Origin: a virus
Strand: one strand, 5' to 3'
DNA: 64,000 nucleotides
IMG/VR virus record: IMGVR_UViG_3300035158_000183
Coordinates: 32,001 to 96,000 of that record
Shown here in pieces: positions 1 to 10,300 of this stretch. The position numbers and the translations under genes are program-made. The notes under the pieces were generated by a model that made no database searches, was not told where the DNA came from, and saw nothing but the letters and a program-made list of their open reading frames with translations. Numbering within the stretch: position 1 is the stretch's first letter; each line of letters begins with the position of its first letter.

Positions 1-1
1 C

Positions 2-676
2 AACATACCAACCGATGCTACAGTGGAAGACGTAGAAGAAGCCTACATGATGGCTTGGAAGGAGGGCCTGAAGTCTGTGGCTGTCTACAGAGACGGTTCC
101 AAGGACATGCAACCCCTGACAGCTGCACCAGAAGATACAGATGAGGAAGAGCCAGATGAGGACCAGTGGATGGCCTTTAGGCGCCGGCTCCCGGAGACAA
201 GGCAGTCCATCACTCACAAGTTTAATGTGGGAGGGCTGGACGGATACCTCACAATAGGAATCTATGATGATGGCAGCCCCGGTGAGATATTTATCCGGAC
301 CCAGAAGCAGGGTTCTACCATGCAGGGTGTCTTGGATGCCTTTGCCACAGCCGTATCGTATGCTCTACAGTATGGAGTGCCACTTGAGGTCCTGGTCGGC
401 AAGTTCGTCGGCTCCAAGTTTGAGCCAGCAGGCTTCACAACCAACGAAGACATCAAGCTTACTACATCCATAATGGACTACATATTTAGGTGGTTAAGTA
501 TCCAATTCATAGATGAGGAGGATGAAGACGATAGCGAGCCAAGCAGGCCGTCTATGCCACCTAATAGCAAGGTCCAGTTCGATGGACCGCCTTGCCCTAA
601 GTGCCAGAGTGTTACTGGCAGGAGCGGGCACTGCTACCTGTGCCCACAGTGTGGAGAGACGACTGGATGTAGTTGA
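2..676 (+). CDS. nrdJ: Class II (B12-dependent) ribonucleotide reductase, C-terminal part with TSCPD domain and terminal Zn-ribbon/Cys motif; 5' truncated by the window
   Basis: [60 protein letters not shown]-terminal [15 protein letters not shown]; frame is open back to base 2. Confidence 0.9.
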   Translation, partial: NIPTDATVEDVEEAYMMAWKEGLKSVAVYRDGSKDMQPLTAAPEDTDEEEPDEDQWMAFRRRLPETRQSITHKFNVGGLDGYLTIGIYDDGSPGEIFIRTQKQGSTMQGVLDAFATAVSYALQYGVPLEVLVGKFVGSKFEPAGFTTNEDIKLTTSIMDYIFRWLSIQFIDEEDEDDSEPSRPSMPPNSKVQFDGPPCPKCQSVTGRSGHCYLCPQCGETTGCS

Positions 677-705
677 CAAAACTGTTCCTATAGGAGGATG
701 ATTTA

Positions 706-1371
706 ATGAATGCTCGGGACAGAGAGATATTTGACGAGCTAGCTGCCGTCATTAAGATCAGGTATCCAGAAGTTAAGATACGCTATAAGTGTGATCACTG
801 GTACTGGAAGCTAGTACCAAAGAAGTTCCGTGCAGCTGGTAGTGTACTTGGCAACACTATCTGGCTTCAGGATAGAGAGACATCATTTGGTACACTTGCC
901 CATGAGTACCAGCATATCGTAGACACGAATGATATGGGTCGGTTAGCCTTTATCACGATGTACCTAGCACCCCAGATCCTAGCTCTGATTCCACTGTTCT
1001 TCGTGGCGCTATCCATATACTTCAGTATGCCCCTGTTCATCGTACTGAATGCCCTGGCAACGTTGCTCTGCCTGGCCCCGCTACCAGCTCCAGGGCGAGC
1101 GTGGCTAGAGCTGCGCGGGTACTCAATGGGCCTGTTTCTGGCCCGTCTCAGGCATGGAGAGAATTCTGATTACTACAGTGATTTTGTTGTTGACGCAATG
1201 ACAGGTTGGCTTTATTATAAGATGATCTGGTCAAGACGTCGTGCTTGGCGGATGGTAGAAAAGGCTGCAGCCCTCGTAGAGGACAGTAAGCAAGCGAGAA
1301 AGATAAGCCGAGCATTTGAAGATGTCTACAAAATCGTCAACAGCAAGACCGTCGTATCAGGAAGTAGATGA
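706..1371 (+). CDS. Membrane-associated zincin-like metallopeptidase (HExxH)
   Basis: LAHEYQH, two hydrophobic segments, downstream ELRGY as candidate third ligand; AGGAGG RBS at 692-697. Confidence 0.5.
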   Translation: MNARDREIFDELAAVIKIRYPEVKIRYKCDHWYWKLVPKKFRAAGSVLGNTIWLQDRETSFGTLAHEYQHIVDTNDMGRLAFITMYLAPQILALIPLFFVALSIYFSMPLFIVLNALATLLCLAPLPAPGRAWLELRGYSMGLFLARLRHGENSDYYSDFVVDAMTGWLYYKMIWSRRRAWRMVEKAAALVEDSKQARKISRAFEDVYKIVNSKTVVSGSR

Positions 1372-2197
1372 CGCGGATCGTCATGCTCAGTTGAGCAGCC
1401 GCACAGACACACTTAGCAAGAGCTTTGCCACAGACCTATGGATGGGCGTCATCACTCGGGCCATAAATGATGTGGCCCTGTACCAGCTGATGCGAACCCA
1501 AGGGAAGGAACTGAAAGACGAGGAGTTGGAGTTTGAGGAGTCGGCCATCGGGTTCCTGTTCGACGATAGCTACACTATCCCGATGGACGATTTCCTGGTA
1601 GACATCGACTGCCCGAAGTGCGAGAAAACGTGGTCAGTCTCGATGAGTGAGACAGCAGGGAAGGACTCTATATGTCCGCACTGCAACCATAAGACCAGTT
1701 GGAAGCACACCACCTACGAGATTACTGAGAACCAGACTGTCAAAGACATTACACTGAAGGACCTCATAGCCATATGGGGCGTGGAAGACATAGATGGTTT
1801 TCGTGATGGTGTTCGTAGAAGAATAGAAGAGATTGTTAGTAAGAAGCTCAAGGCTTCACAGCGGAAAGAGGAAGACATGGCTGAGGACACCCCACAGAAG
1901 CAGCAGCGTAAGCGTAAGCCTACATTCAGGGAAGAGACCCATGAGATACTGATGGAGATCGAGGACATGCTCATCGACAAGAACGAGAAGTACGGCGACT
2001 CCGCCCTGAACCCAGTGAGGATATTCTCCAAGGCCGATCCAAGAGAGCAAATCCGGGTGAGACTGGATGATAAGCTCTCAAGGCTGGTCAGGGGGAACCA
2101 CATCAATGAGGATGAGGACGTAGCTCAGGATATCATAGGCTACTTCATCCTGGATGAGATTTTGAAGAGAAGAGAAGAGCGTAAGAAAGCTAAGTAA
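1316..2197 (+). CDS. Zn-ribbon protein fused to a C-terminal DUF1599/Nmad1-like (nucleotide-modification-associated) domain; start codon uncertain
   Basis: CPKC..CPHC; C-terminal [17 protein letters not shown]...[12 protein letters not shown]...DIIGYFIL. Confidence 0.65.
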   Translation: MKMSTKSSTARPSYQEVDDADRHAQLSSRTDTLSKSFATDLWMGVITRAINDVALYQLMRTQGKELKDEELEFEESAIGFLFDDSYTIPMDDFLVDIDCPKCEKTWSVSMSETAGKDSICPHCNHKTSWKHTTYEITENQTVKDITLKDLIAIWGVEDIDGFRDGVRRRIEEIVSKKLKASQRKEEDMAEDTPQKQQRKRKPTFREETHEILMEIEDMLIDKNEKYGDSALNPVRIFSKADPREQIRVRLDDKLSRLVRGNHINEDEDVAQDIIGYFILDEILKRREERKKAK

Positions 2198-2229
2198 TTT
2201 CAGCAGTTTCACAAAACCGAGGTGATCAA

Positions 2230-4323
2230 ATGAGTCCGAAAATGTCGGAGGCTCTCGGGATAGTTATCTCGACAATTGAAAAACAATTCGGCAAAGGTAC
2301 AGTCCAGCGGCTTACCGATAAGGCATCCGCTGAGCCAGACAACGTCATCCGTAGCGGTTCCATAGCCCTGGATAGTGCTCTGGGGGTAGGTGGCTACCGC
2401 AAGGGAAGGATCGTAGAGCTGTTCGGCCCTGAAATGAGCGGCAAGACCACGCTAGGCCTCCACGCCGTAGTGTGTTGTCAAAAGGCCGGAGGTGTCGCAG
2501 CGTACATAGACGTAGAGCATGCTCTAGACCCGCTATACGCAACCAGTCTGGGTGTCGACCTGGACAGCCTGCTGGTGTCGCAGCCTGATACTGCAGAGCA
2601 GGCTCTACAGATAGCTGATATCATGGCCAGGTCAGGAGAAGTCAGCCTAATCGTGCTCGACTCGGTGGCAGCCCTGGTACCACAGAAGGAACTCGAGGGT
2701 GAGATGGGAGATCAGCATGTGGGGCTACAAGCCAGGCTGATGAGTCAGGCCATGAGGAAGCTGACCGGCTCTCTCAGCAGCTCCAACTGCACCATCATCT
2801 TCACCAACCAGATCAGGATGAAGATAGGCGTCATGTTTGGGTGCTTCTCCTATCGGACCAAGATACATCTAGCAGATGGCACAACAGAAGATATCGGAAA
2901 GATCGTAAATCAAAGACTTCCGCTAGAAGTTCTCTCATACAATGCAGAGACAAAACAAATAGAACCAAAGAAAATTACTAAATGGTTTGACAATGGCACC
3001 ACAAAAGAATACCTGCAAATCAAATCCCAGAGAGCCGTAGGCAATGGAGTTAACTTCATTGAAGTGACACCAAACCATTTGATCTTTACTCCTGAGGAGG
3101 AAAAATTTGCCAAAGACTTATCTGCTGGCCAACAAGTCTTAACTAAAGGTCAGCTCATTCTAAATGAAGATCAAATGCAGCTAGCTATTGGCTCAATTTT
3201 AGGGGATGGCAGCTTAAGAAGCAATGGTATAAACACACAGCTTAGGATAGGGCACGGTCCTAATCAAACAGAATACTGCAAACATAAACAATCATTCTTT
3301 GGAAAGAGTGTTGGTTGGTCAGGCGAAAATTCTAAGGGAGGATGGAGCTTTGACCTACATCCCTCATATGATTTAACAGAAATTTTCGAGGAGTCATACT
3401 CTAAGTCTGGACGAACTATATCACCGAAACTTCTCAAGTTGCTTAGCCTACAATCAGTAGCAGTATGGTACATGGATGACGGCACATTCAGTGGCCACTA
3501 TAAAAGATGGGGCAACGGCAAAAGTTCTATTAGTGTAAAAAAATATTCCTGGGAAGATATCGCCAAACTAACTGATAGGCTTGTAGAACTTGGCTTGCCA
3601 GAACCTAGAGTAGATAAACACAAAAGACTAACCTGGCATGGGGAGGCCAGTTATAGGTTTCAAAAGATGCTTGCGCCGAATATCTTTTCCAGCATGAAAT
3701 ACAAGATTCATCCATCTCTAAGAGAGACACCAGAAGAAGAAAGACAAATATTCCAAACACATACAGAGAGCAAGCTTATTTTGGTCCCAACAACGATTAC
3801 TGATATTCAAGCCATAACAAAACATGGAAAGAAGTTTGATATTGAAGTAGAAGGTAATCACAATTACTTTGCTGGGGGGATGCTAGTACACAACTCCCCG
3901 GAGGTAACCAGTGGTGGCAACGCCCTGAAATTCTATGCCAGCCAGAGATTGGACATCAGGCGGATTGGCCAGATTAAGGACAAGGACAAGGTCCTAGGCA
4001 ATCGGACCAGGGTGAAGGTCGTGAAGAACAAGCTGGCCCCGCCGTTCAAAGAAGCAGAGTTCGACATCCGCTTCGGCATCGGTGTCGACCAGGTAGCCGA
4101 GATATTGGATATTGGCGTAGATGACGGAATTATTGAGAAGTCAGGTGCCTGGTATAGTTACAAGGATAACAAGATAGCTCAAGGGAAAGAAAATGCTGCC
4201 CAGTATCTCAGGGATAACCCGGACATCCAGAAGGAGATACACCAGCAGCTAATGGAACTGAGAGGTCTAGAATGTGCGACAAAGACAAGTGGGGACCAGG
4301 AATCGAGCGAATCAGAGAGCTAA
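2230..4323 (+). CDS. recA: RecA recombinase interrupted by an intein
   Basis: [70 protein letters not shown]. Confidence 0.97.
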   Translation: MSPKMSEALGIVISTIEKQFGKGTVQRLTDKASAEPDNVIRSGSIALDSALGVGGYRKGRIVELFGPEMSGKTTLGLHAVVCCQKAGGVAAYIDVEHALDPLYATSLGVDLDSLLVSQPDTAEQALQIADIMARSGEVSLIVLDSVAALVPQKELEGEMGDQHVGLQARLMSQAMRKLTGSLSSSNCTIIFTNQIRMKIGVMFGCFSYRTKIHLADGTTEDIGKIVNQRLPLEVLSYNAETKQIEPKKITKWFDNGTTKEYLQIKSQRAVGNGVNFIEVTPNHLIFTPEEEKFAKDLSAGQQVLTKGQLILNEDQMQLAIGSILGDGSLRSNGINTQLRIGHGPNQTEYCKHKQSFFGKSVGWSGENSKGGWSFDLHPSYDLTEIFEESYSKSGRTISPKLLKLLSLQSVAVWYMDDGTFSGHYKRWGNGKSSISVKKYSWEDIAKLTDRLVELGLPEPRVDKHKRLTWHGEASYRFQKMLAPNIFSSMKYKIHPSLRETPEEERQIFQTHTESKLILVPTTITDIQAITKHGKKFDIEVEGNHNYFAGGMLVHNSPEVTSGGNALKFYASQRLDIRRIGQIKDKDKVLGNRTRVKVVKNKLAPPFKEAEFDIRFGIGVDQVAEILDIGVDDGIIEKSGAWYSYKDNKIAQGKENAAQYLRDNPDIQKEIHQQLMELRGLECATKTSGDQESSESES
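2842..3894 (+). mobile_element. RecA intein (351 aa) with LAGLIDADG homing endonuclease
   Basis: Junctions KIGVMFG|CFSY and MLVHN|SPEVT; block B VTPNH; [10 protein letters not shown] and AVWYMDDGT helices; visibly AT-richer than the exteins. Confidence 0.95.
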
Positions 4324-4700
4324 TCAGCACAGTACCATCCTACACTAAAGACGACATAGGCTACGTGGTGGGCCAGATGATGGACGAGGTCGACCGCATG
4401 GAGACAGACCTGACTCCTCAGCCTATGGAAGAGATGGAAGAGCTGTATGTGTGTCCAGACTGTGGCTGCCCAGACATTGAAGGTACTACGTACATCCATC
4501 TGAACACGGAGAGGATTGTCGGTAGTGAACCACCACGGGACACCTACTGGTGTCCTTGCTGCGAAGAGGAGACCAAGCAGCTGTGCTTGGTTGGGAAAGA
4601 AACAGGAAAGTGCTGCTTCAGTGGGTGCGACAATGTTGTGAAGCCCAATTTCAAGTGGCAAGAGGAAACAGAAGATGGACAAGATAGTACTAGCGGTTGA
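4272..4700 (+). CDS. Cys-rich Zn-finger hypothetical protein
   Basis: CPDC, CPCC, CCFSGC; overlaps the recA 3' end. Confidence 0.6.
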   Translation: MCDKDKWGPGIERIRELISTVPSYTKDDIGYVVGQMMDEVDRMETDLTPQPMEEMEELYVCPDCGCPDIEGTTYIHLNTERIVGSEPPRDTYWCPCCEEETKQLCLVGKETGKCCFSGCDNVVKPNFKWQEETEDGQDSTSG

Positions 4701-5376
4701 GAAATCCGTCAACAGTAAAACAGGGCCGGTATCGGCCACCTATGCACCGATCCAGTCATGCCCAGCAACATGCCCATTCCTGGACCATGGGTGCTATGCA
4801 CAGCATGGGAACTGTGGAATCCATCTGCGGAAGCTGAACAGGAATGCAGCCAAGCAGAATAAGACCAGGGCTGTGGACATCGCCCGGGAAGAAGCCAGGG
4901 CCATCAGGGAGCTAAAGGGCGACCTGCCATTGAGGCTACATATTGTTGGTGACTGCAAGACCCCGCAGGCGGCTGAGATCGTAGCCCGCGCTTGCGAGGA
5001 CTACACCAAGAAGCAGGGCAAGAAGGTCTGGACTTATACCCACGCCTGGAAATCAATTCCCAGGGAGAAGTGGGGCGACATCTCTGTACTCGCTAGCTGT
5101 GAGAAGATGGAAGACGCACACCAAGCTATGCAGAGAGGATACGCTGCGTCTATGGTACGGCTGAAGCCGTTCAAGCAGTCATTCATGTATAAGGGCGTGA
5201 AGATGACACCCTGCCCTGAAATGGTAGCCGACATTCCCTGTAACCAGTGTGGCATGTGCCTGAATGACACCAAGCTCAAGGATCGCAAGAGAGTGATCTG
5301 CTTCTTCCCTCATGGGAGCGGCGCCAACCATGCCAGGACTGCAATCACATCACATGTATATATACCCAAGAACTAA
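4675..5376 (+). CDS. GP88-like / non-canonical radical-SAM-like Fe-S protein
   Basis: NSKTGPV..SCPATCPFLDHGCYA, LRLHIVGD, WTYTH, C-terminal CPE..CNQCGMC..FFPHG. Confidence 0.6.
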   Translation: MDKIVLAVEKSVNSKTGPVSATYAPIQSCPATCPFLDHGCYAQHGNCGIHLRKLNRNAAKQNKTRAVDIAREEARAIRELKGDLPLRLHIVGDCKTPQAAEIVARACEDYTKKQGKKVWTYTHAWKSIPREKWGDISVLASCEKMEDAHQAMQRGYAASMVRLKPFKQSFMYKGVKMTPCPEMVADIPCNQCGMCLNDTKLKDRKRVICFFPHGSGANHARTAITSHVYIPKN

Positions 5377-5415
5377 GAAAGATACCATGACAGAATGACC
5401 TAGAGGAGAAACAAG

Positions 5416-5649
5416 ATGAAGGTAAGGGAACTTAGGGCAGTACTGGACAAGGCGCCTGACGACATGGAGGTCTTCCTGTCCGCCGATGAGGGAGGGAATG
5501 CGTTCCACGGCCTCAGCTCCTGGGGAACTATGGTCTACGACAAGACTGATCGCCCATACTATATTGACATGTACTGTGAGGAGGAGCTGAATGAGGATTA
5601 TGGGCCCAGTGAAGAGAACCGGGTCACCGGCTTGGTCCTGTGGCCATAG
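5416..5649 (+). CDS. Small phage hypothetical protein
   Basis: GAGGAG RBS; MKVRELRAVLDKAPDDMEV N-terminus typical of small phage proteins. Confidence 0.7.
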   Translation: MKVRELRAVLDKAPDDMEVFLSADEGGNAFHGLSSWGTMVYDKTDRPYYIDMYCEEELNEDYGPSEENRVTGLVLWP

Positions 5650-5657
5650 GAGTAGCC

Positions 5658-6302
5658 ATGAAGCCAGAGAATTACAAGCAAGTCATGAAGGCTAAGACCT
5701 ATGAGCAGTTCGAGGAACCATTCTGGAAAGGCTGCTCCAAGTGCAGCTTATCTGATCACAAGATCCCGCCGATCCTGTGGAGAGGTAATCCTGAAGCCAA
5801 GATGATGCTGATTGGTGAGGCGCCAGGGAAAGTAGAGCAGGAAGAGCACATGCCATTCGTAGGCCCGGCTGGCCTGCTACTGGACAAGATTATGTCAGCC
5901 ATCGGACTTGACACAGAACAAGATATGCTCATAACGAACGTGGTGTACTGCCGACCGACCGCCCCGGCGAACTCTGGCAAGCAGAACTACACTCCCAAGG
6001 CAGAGCAGATTACAAGGTGCTGGCCATTCACTGAGAAGGCCATAGAAGCCCTGGATCCTAGTGTGATCATAGCCTGTGGCAGGACTGCCCTCTGCGCACT
6101 CATGGAGGACAACACCATGAAGATTGGGCAATGGGAGGGGAAGTGGCTAACTCACAAGACAGGCCGCAAGGTATTCGCAATCACGCATCCTGCAGCAGTA
6201 CTTCACAAGGCTCCGTGGCCACAGGAGCAGCGCAAGATGAAGGAGAAGATTTGGGGTTATATGCAACATTTTAGAGATACATGGAAGAGCAAGTTACGAT
6301 GA
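5658..6302 (+). CDS. Uracil-DNA glycosylase family 4 (Fe-S)
   Basis: CSKCSL, IGEAPG..E, PFVGPAG, TNVVYCRP, THPAAVL; ATG at 5658 after AGGAG. Confidence 0.92.
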   Translation: MKPENYKQVMKAKTYEQFEEPFWKGCSKCSLSDHKIPPILWRGNPEAKMMLIGEAPGKVEQEEHMPFVGPAGLLLDKIMSAIGLDTEQDMLITNVVYCRPTAPANSGKQNYTPKAEQITRCWPFTEKAIEALDPSVIIACGRTALCALMEDNTMKIGQWEGKWLTHKTGRKVFAITHPAAVLHKAPWPQEQRKMKEKIWGYMQHFRDTWKSKLR

Positions 6303-6493
6303 GAACCTGGTTCTTAATTCTGCTGCTCTGCTTTCTAATAGCATTATGCTCACTGATCGAGTATGCAATTGTAGGCATTGTAATCTGTTGTCTGATACTT
6401 GCCTACAGGCTGCAGCAATGGGTGCGAAAGATCGGTTGCAAACGCACCCCAGATGATGATATAACGGATCATACTACTTATGAGGAGATGTGA
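6299..6493 (+). CDS. Small membrane protein
   Basis: Long hydrophobic N-terminus; ATGA overlap with the UDG stop. Confidence 0.55.
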   Translation: MRTWFLILLLCFLIALCSLIEYAIVGIVICCLILAYRLQQWVRKIGCKRTPDDDITDHTTYEEM

Positions 6494-6687
6494 TCGCGTT
6501 GAAGATTTTGATTCCGCTGTTAATCAGCTTATTCCTGTGTGGATGCGGAAGCGAAGCCGTACAAGCCGCCCAGATGCGCTGGCCTGGCTGCGAGATAAAG
6601 GAAGTAAGAAAACTGAGTTATGCTGTGAAGTTAGAAGTCAGGTGTCCCAATAGAAAGCCATTTACCACAACGTACAGGAGAAGGTAA
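6490..6687 (+). CDS. Small putative lipoprotein
   Basis: Signal peptide ending in a lipobox-like LFLCG|C; GAGGAG RBS. Confidence 0.6.
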   Translation: MIALKILIPLLISLFLCGCGSEAVQAAQMRWPGCEIKEVRKLSYAVKLEVRCPNRKPFTTTYRRR

Positions 6688-7307
6688 TGCCCGAGCAAGT
6701 GTTGGTGTTTGATGAAGCCAAGATGGAGGGGTTTAAGAATCTGCCAGGATTCTCAGCAGATGGACATGATATCGCATGGTTACGCCATGAGTGTCTATCC
6801 GCAAGCTACTTTGTCAACCGTAAGGTAGCAGAGAAGGATCCTACTAAGAAGCAGATTATCCCCTACATCCTGATCGGCCGAGGCAATAAGATACTAACGT
6901 ACCTGAGGTCTAAGAAATCAGGCGAGGAGAGACTGCATGATCTGTGGTCCGTTGGGATAGGCGGGCACGTTAATATCACAGACCAAACGGCATACAACTC
7001 GGCGTTCGTCACACTATCAGCAGCAATCGGCAGAGAGCTAGAAGAGGAATTGGACTGGGGCAACATGCTTGACTGCACCGTGAATAATATTGAAGAAGTA
7101 GGCGTCCTGTACGACCCGTCGAACGAGGTCGGGCAGGTCCACATAGGCTACGTTATGACCATAGACTTGCCTGCTGACGGCTCGGAGTTCCCGAAACCAC
7201 ATGAGGATACTATCGAGCAGTCCGCCTGGTACACAGCAGAAGAGGCCAGTAAGCTAGCAAATTTGGAGAGTTGGTCCAAGATAATCTTAGGGTCTATGGC
7301 CAAGTAG
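6687..7307 (+). CDS. NUDIX-family phosphoesterase (YmaB/COG4112-like)
   Basis: AEKDPTKKQIIPY, GEERLHDLWSVGIGGHVN, RELEEEL Nudix box, VGQVHIG, LESWS. Confidence 0.85.
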   Translation: MPEQVLVFDEAKMEGFKNLPGFSADGHDIAWLRHECLSASYFVNRKVAEKDPTKKQIIPYILIGRGNKILTYLRSKKSGEERLHDLWSVGIGGHVNITDQTAYNSAFVTLSAAIGRELEEELDWGNMLDCTVNNIEEVGVLYDPSNEVGQVHIGYVMTIDLPADGSEFPKPHEDTIEQSAWYTAEEASKLANLESWSKIILGSMAK

Positions 7308-7308
7308 C

Positions 7309-10300
7309 ATGAGTAAATTCATACACCTACATACCCATTCAGATTACTCCCCCCTGGACGGGGTCCAGAGTGTCACTCAAATTGCTGAGAAGGCTGCTAA
7401 GTTAGGCATGCATGCCGTTGCTCTGACTGACCACGGCAAGTGTGCTGGTCTGCTACAGTTTAAGAAAGCCTGCGAGGAAAACAAGGTCAAGCCCATATAC
7501 GGCCTAGAGGCTTTCATCTCTCCTAGGGAACACACCCTGAGAGCTAAGGTGGATGAGCATAAGACCTCCTATCACCTGACTCTCCTAGCTAAGAATACGG
7601 CAGGTCTCAGGAACCTCTTCAGGCTGTCCTCAATCGGCTGGAAGGAAGGATTCTACTACAAGCCCAGAGTGGATGTAGAGACGCTCAGAAAGCACTCTGA
7701 AGGCCTTGCGGCACTCTCTGGGTGCGGGTCAGGCCGAGTAGCTATGATGCTAATGTGGGGACGGGCCGAATCTGCCTTGAGACATGCCAGAGAACTACAG
7801 AGTATCTGGAAGGATGACTTCTATATTGAGGTTCAGAACCACGGACTGGACTGGCAGATACCTCTGAAGAGTATGCTATTCGAGCTGGCCCAGACTGTAG
7901 ACATACCGCCAGTCATCACCCAAGACTCTCACTACTCTGATAGGGAAGATGCAGACCTGCATAGGGCCATATGTAAGATGCTAGCGGGAGATCTAGAATT
8001 CGTTGGCAGTGACCTGTATTTCAAGAGCTACGATGAAATGTGTAAGATGTTCGAACCGGAAGAATATCCTGCACTTGACACTACCAAGGAAATAGCTGAT
8101 AAGTGTAACTGCAACTGGGAGTATAACCGAACTATATGGCCAGTGTTTGATCTGCCGGAGGGAAAGACAGCCGATGACGAACTCAGGGACAAGACACACG
8201 CAGGATTTCATAACAGATTTGGAGAGGGTACAGAAGAGTATCGACAGAGAGTTGAATACGAACTCCGAACTATCGAGAAGATGGGTTTCGCAACTTACTT
8301 CCTGGTCGTTGCAGATTTCATTGATTATGCAAAGTCTCAAGGCATCCCGGTTGGACCTGGCCGAGGATCAGGGGCTGGATCGCTTGTCTGCTACTGTCTG
8401 CGGATTACCGAGATAGATCCTATCAAATATGGTCTGTATTTTGAGAGATTTCTGAACCCTAACAGGGTCAGTCTGCCTGACTTGGACATTGACTTCTGCA
8501 AGCAGCGGAGGGACGAGGTAATCCAGTATGTCAGGGACAAGTACGGTGAAGACAAGGTCGCACAGATCGGCACGTTCGCAGCGTTCAAACCTAGAGGGAG
8601 CCTGCGGAGCTTCGCCAGGGTGCTAGGTCACCCGGTTAGTGTAGGAGACAAGCTAGCTGGTATGGTTCCGCCAGACGTAGCCGGTAAGTCTCTCACATGG
8701 GAGGAAGTCATTGAGGCTGTTCCAGACCTGGAGGCTACGGATTATCCCGTTGTGGTGGAATCCGCCCAGAAAGCTGAAGGCCTGAAGAGCCAAGCTGGGG
8801 TCCACGCAGCTGGTGTAGTAATCGCTGATAGCGAACTGATGTCGCAGGTACCGCTGTTCCTGGGCAAGGGCAACGAGGTGGCCACTCAGTTCGATATGCA
8901 TGACGTGGAGGACATCGGCCTAGTCAAGTATGACTTCCTAGCACTGAAGAATCTCACTGTAATTGATATGACAGTTAAGCTGGCCAAGGATATACAGGGG
9001 ATCGATATAGATATCAATAATATAGATGAACACGACGAGGAAGTGTTCAAGAATGTTTTTCAGAAGGGAAGACTGGATGGAGTATTTCAGTTTGAGACTT
9101 CATCAGGCTTTAGAGATCTCTGCGTCAAGGTCAAGCCACAATCTATCGACGACCTTGCAGTTATCACTGCCCTGTTCCGTCCAGGACCGCTTGGGACCGG
9201 CCTGGTCAACAGATATGTCGAAGGTCGAGGTGGTGGAGAGGTTGAATACCTCACGCCTGAACTCGAACCCATGCTGGCCACAACCTACGGAGTTATGTGC
9301 TTGCCGAAGGGGACCCAGATAGAAACGCCGCATGGTATCATGCCTATCGAGGATATTATACCCGGACAGGTTATTTATGCATCAGATGGACATAGAATCT
9401 GGGGAGCAGAGGTAGCACGGAGCCACTCTAGCATCAAACGTACCCTAACATTTACGTTATCAGATGGCAGGACAATCACATCTTCTGGTGACCATGCATG
9501 GCTAACTGCAGACGGGGACCGTCAGGCAATTGAGCTTGTCAAGCGTACGGGCAACCGACTTTCTGGTCCAGCCGAGCGATCTGGCTCGGTGCTGTTTAGT
9601 AGATGGCCAACAGATATTGGGAGCGGGTCGGTCGATCTAAAAAGCCAGGCCTACATCCTGGGACTGCTGATCGGCGACGGCGAGCTGAAGCCCGGGACTA
9701 AAGTCATAACCTGCGGCACGGAAGAACAGGCCAAGTGGGTCGCAAAGCAAATGGCTACTGTGTTTGGTGGAGAACCCAAGTGGTATCAAAATACCCGGGC
9801 ATGGTATGCATACGTCAAGTTCAATACAGCACCCAACAGATCTCCGCTAACGGAGTTCCTAGATTCAGCGTTTGGGAAGGACCAGTGGATCAGTAAATCT
9901 GGCACCAAACGACTTCCACGGGACTTCCTTGACTACAGCTACCAGACCAGCATAGAGCTGGTAAGAGGATTATGGGATGCCGACGGGCACTACGGGCACA
10001 GACTAATATATTACCGCTCAATATCCATAGGGCTATTAGAAGACATTAGAGACCTGCTAGCATCGTTAAGAATTTCTTCAGTAGTTAGAAACAATTACTT
10101 GTATGTAGTAGATCGGCATGCATTCTGCCACAAGATAACTCCTAAACTTCCAGGGAAGTTGTTCCGCTGCCAGCCTGACTGGTCTTACTATCCCGCAGTG
10201 CCGACAAAGGTGTTGCGGGCAGCTTTGGATGAGAGAGAACTCAAGTACGAAAAGCCTGAGCACAAGAAACAGCTACAGCGCCGGCTTCGTGGGGCAGGGA

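Noticed and set aside
673-702. TTGACA as a sigma70 -35 element
   Set aside because: No adequate -10 at 16-18 bp; the downstream sequence is explained by the nrdJ stop and an AGGAGG RBS
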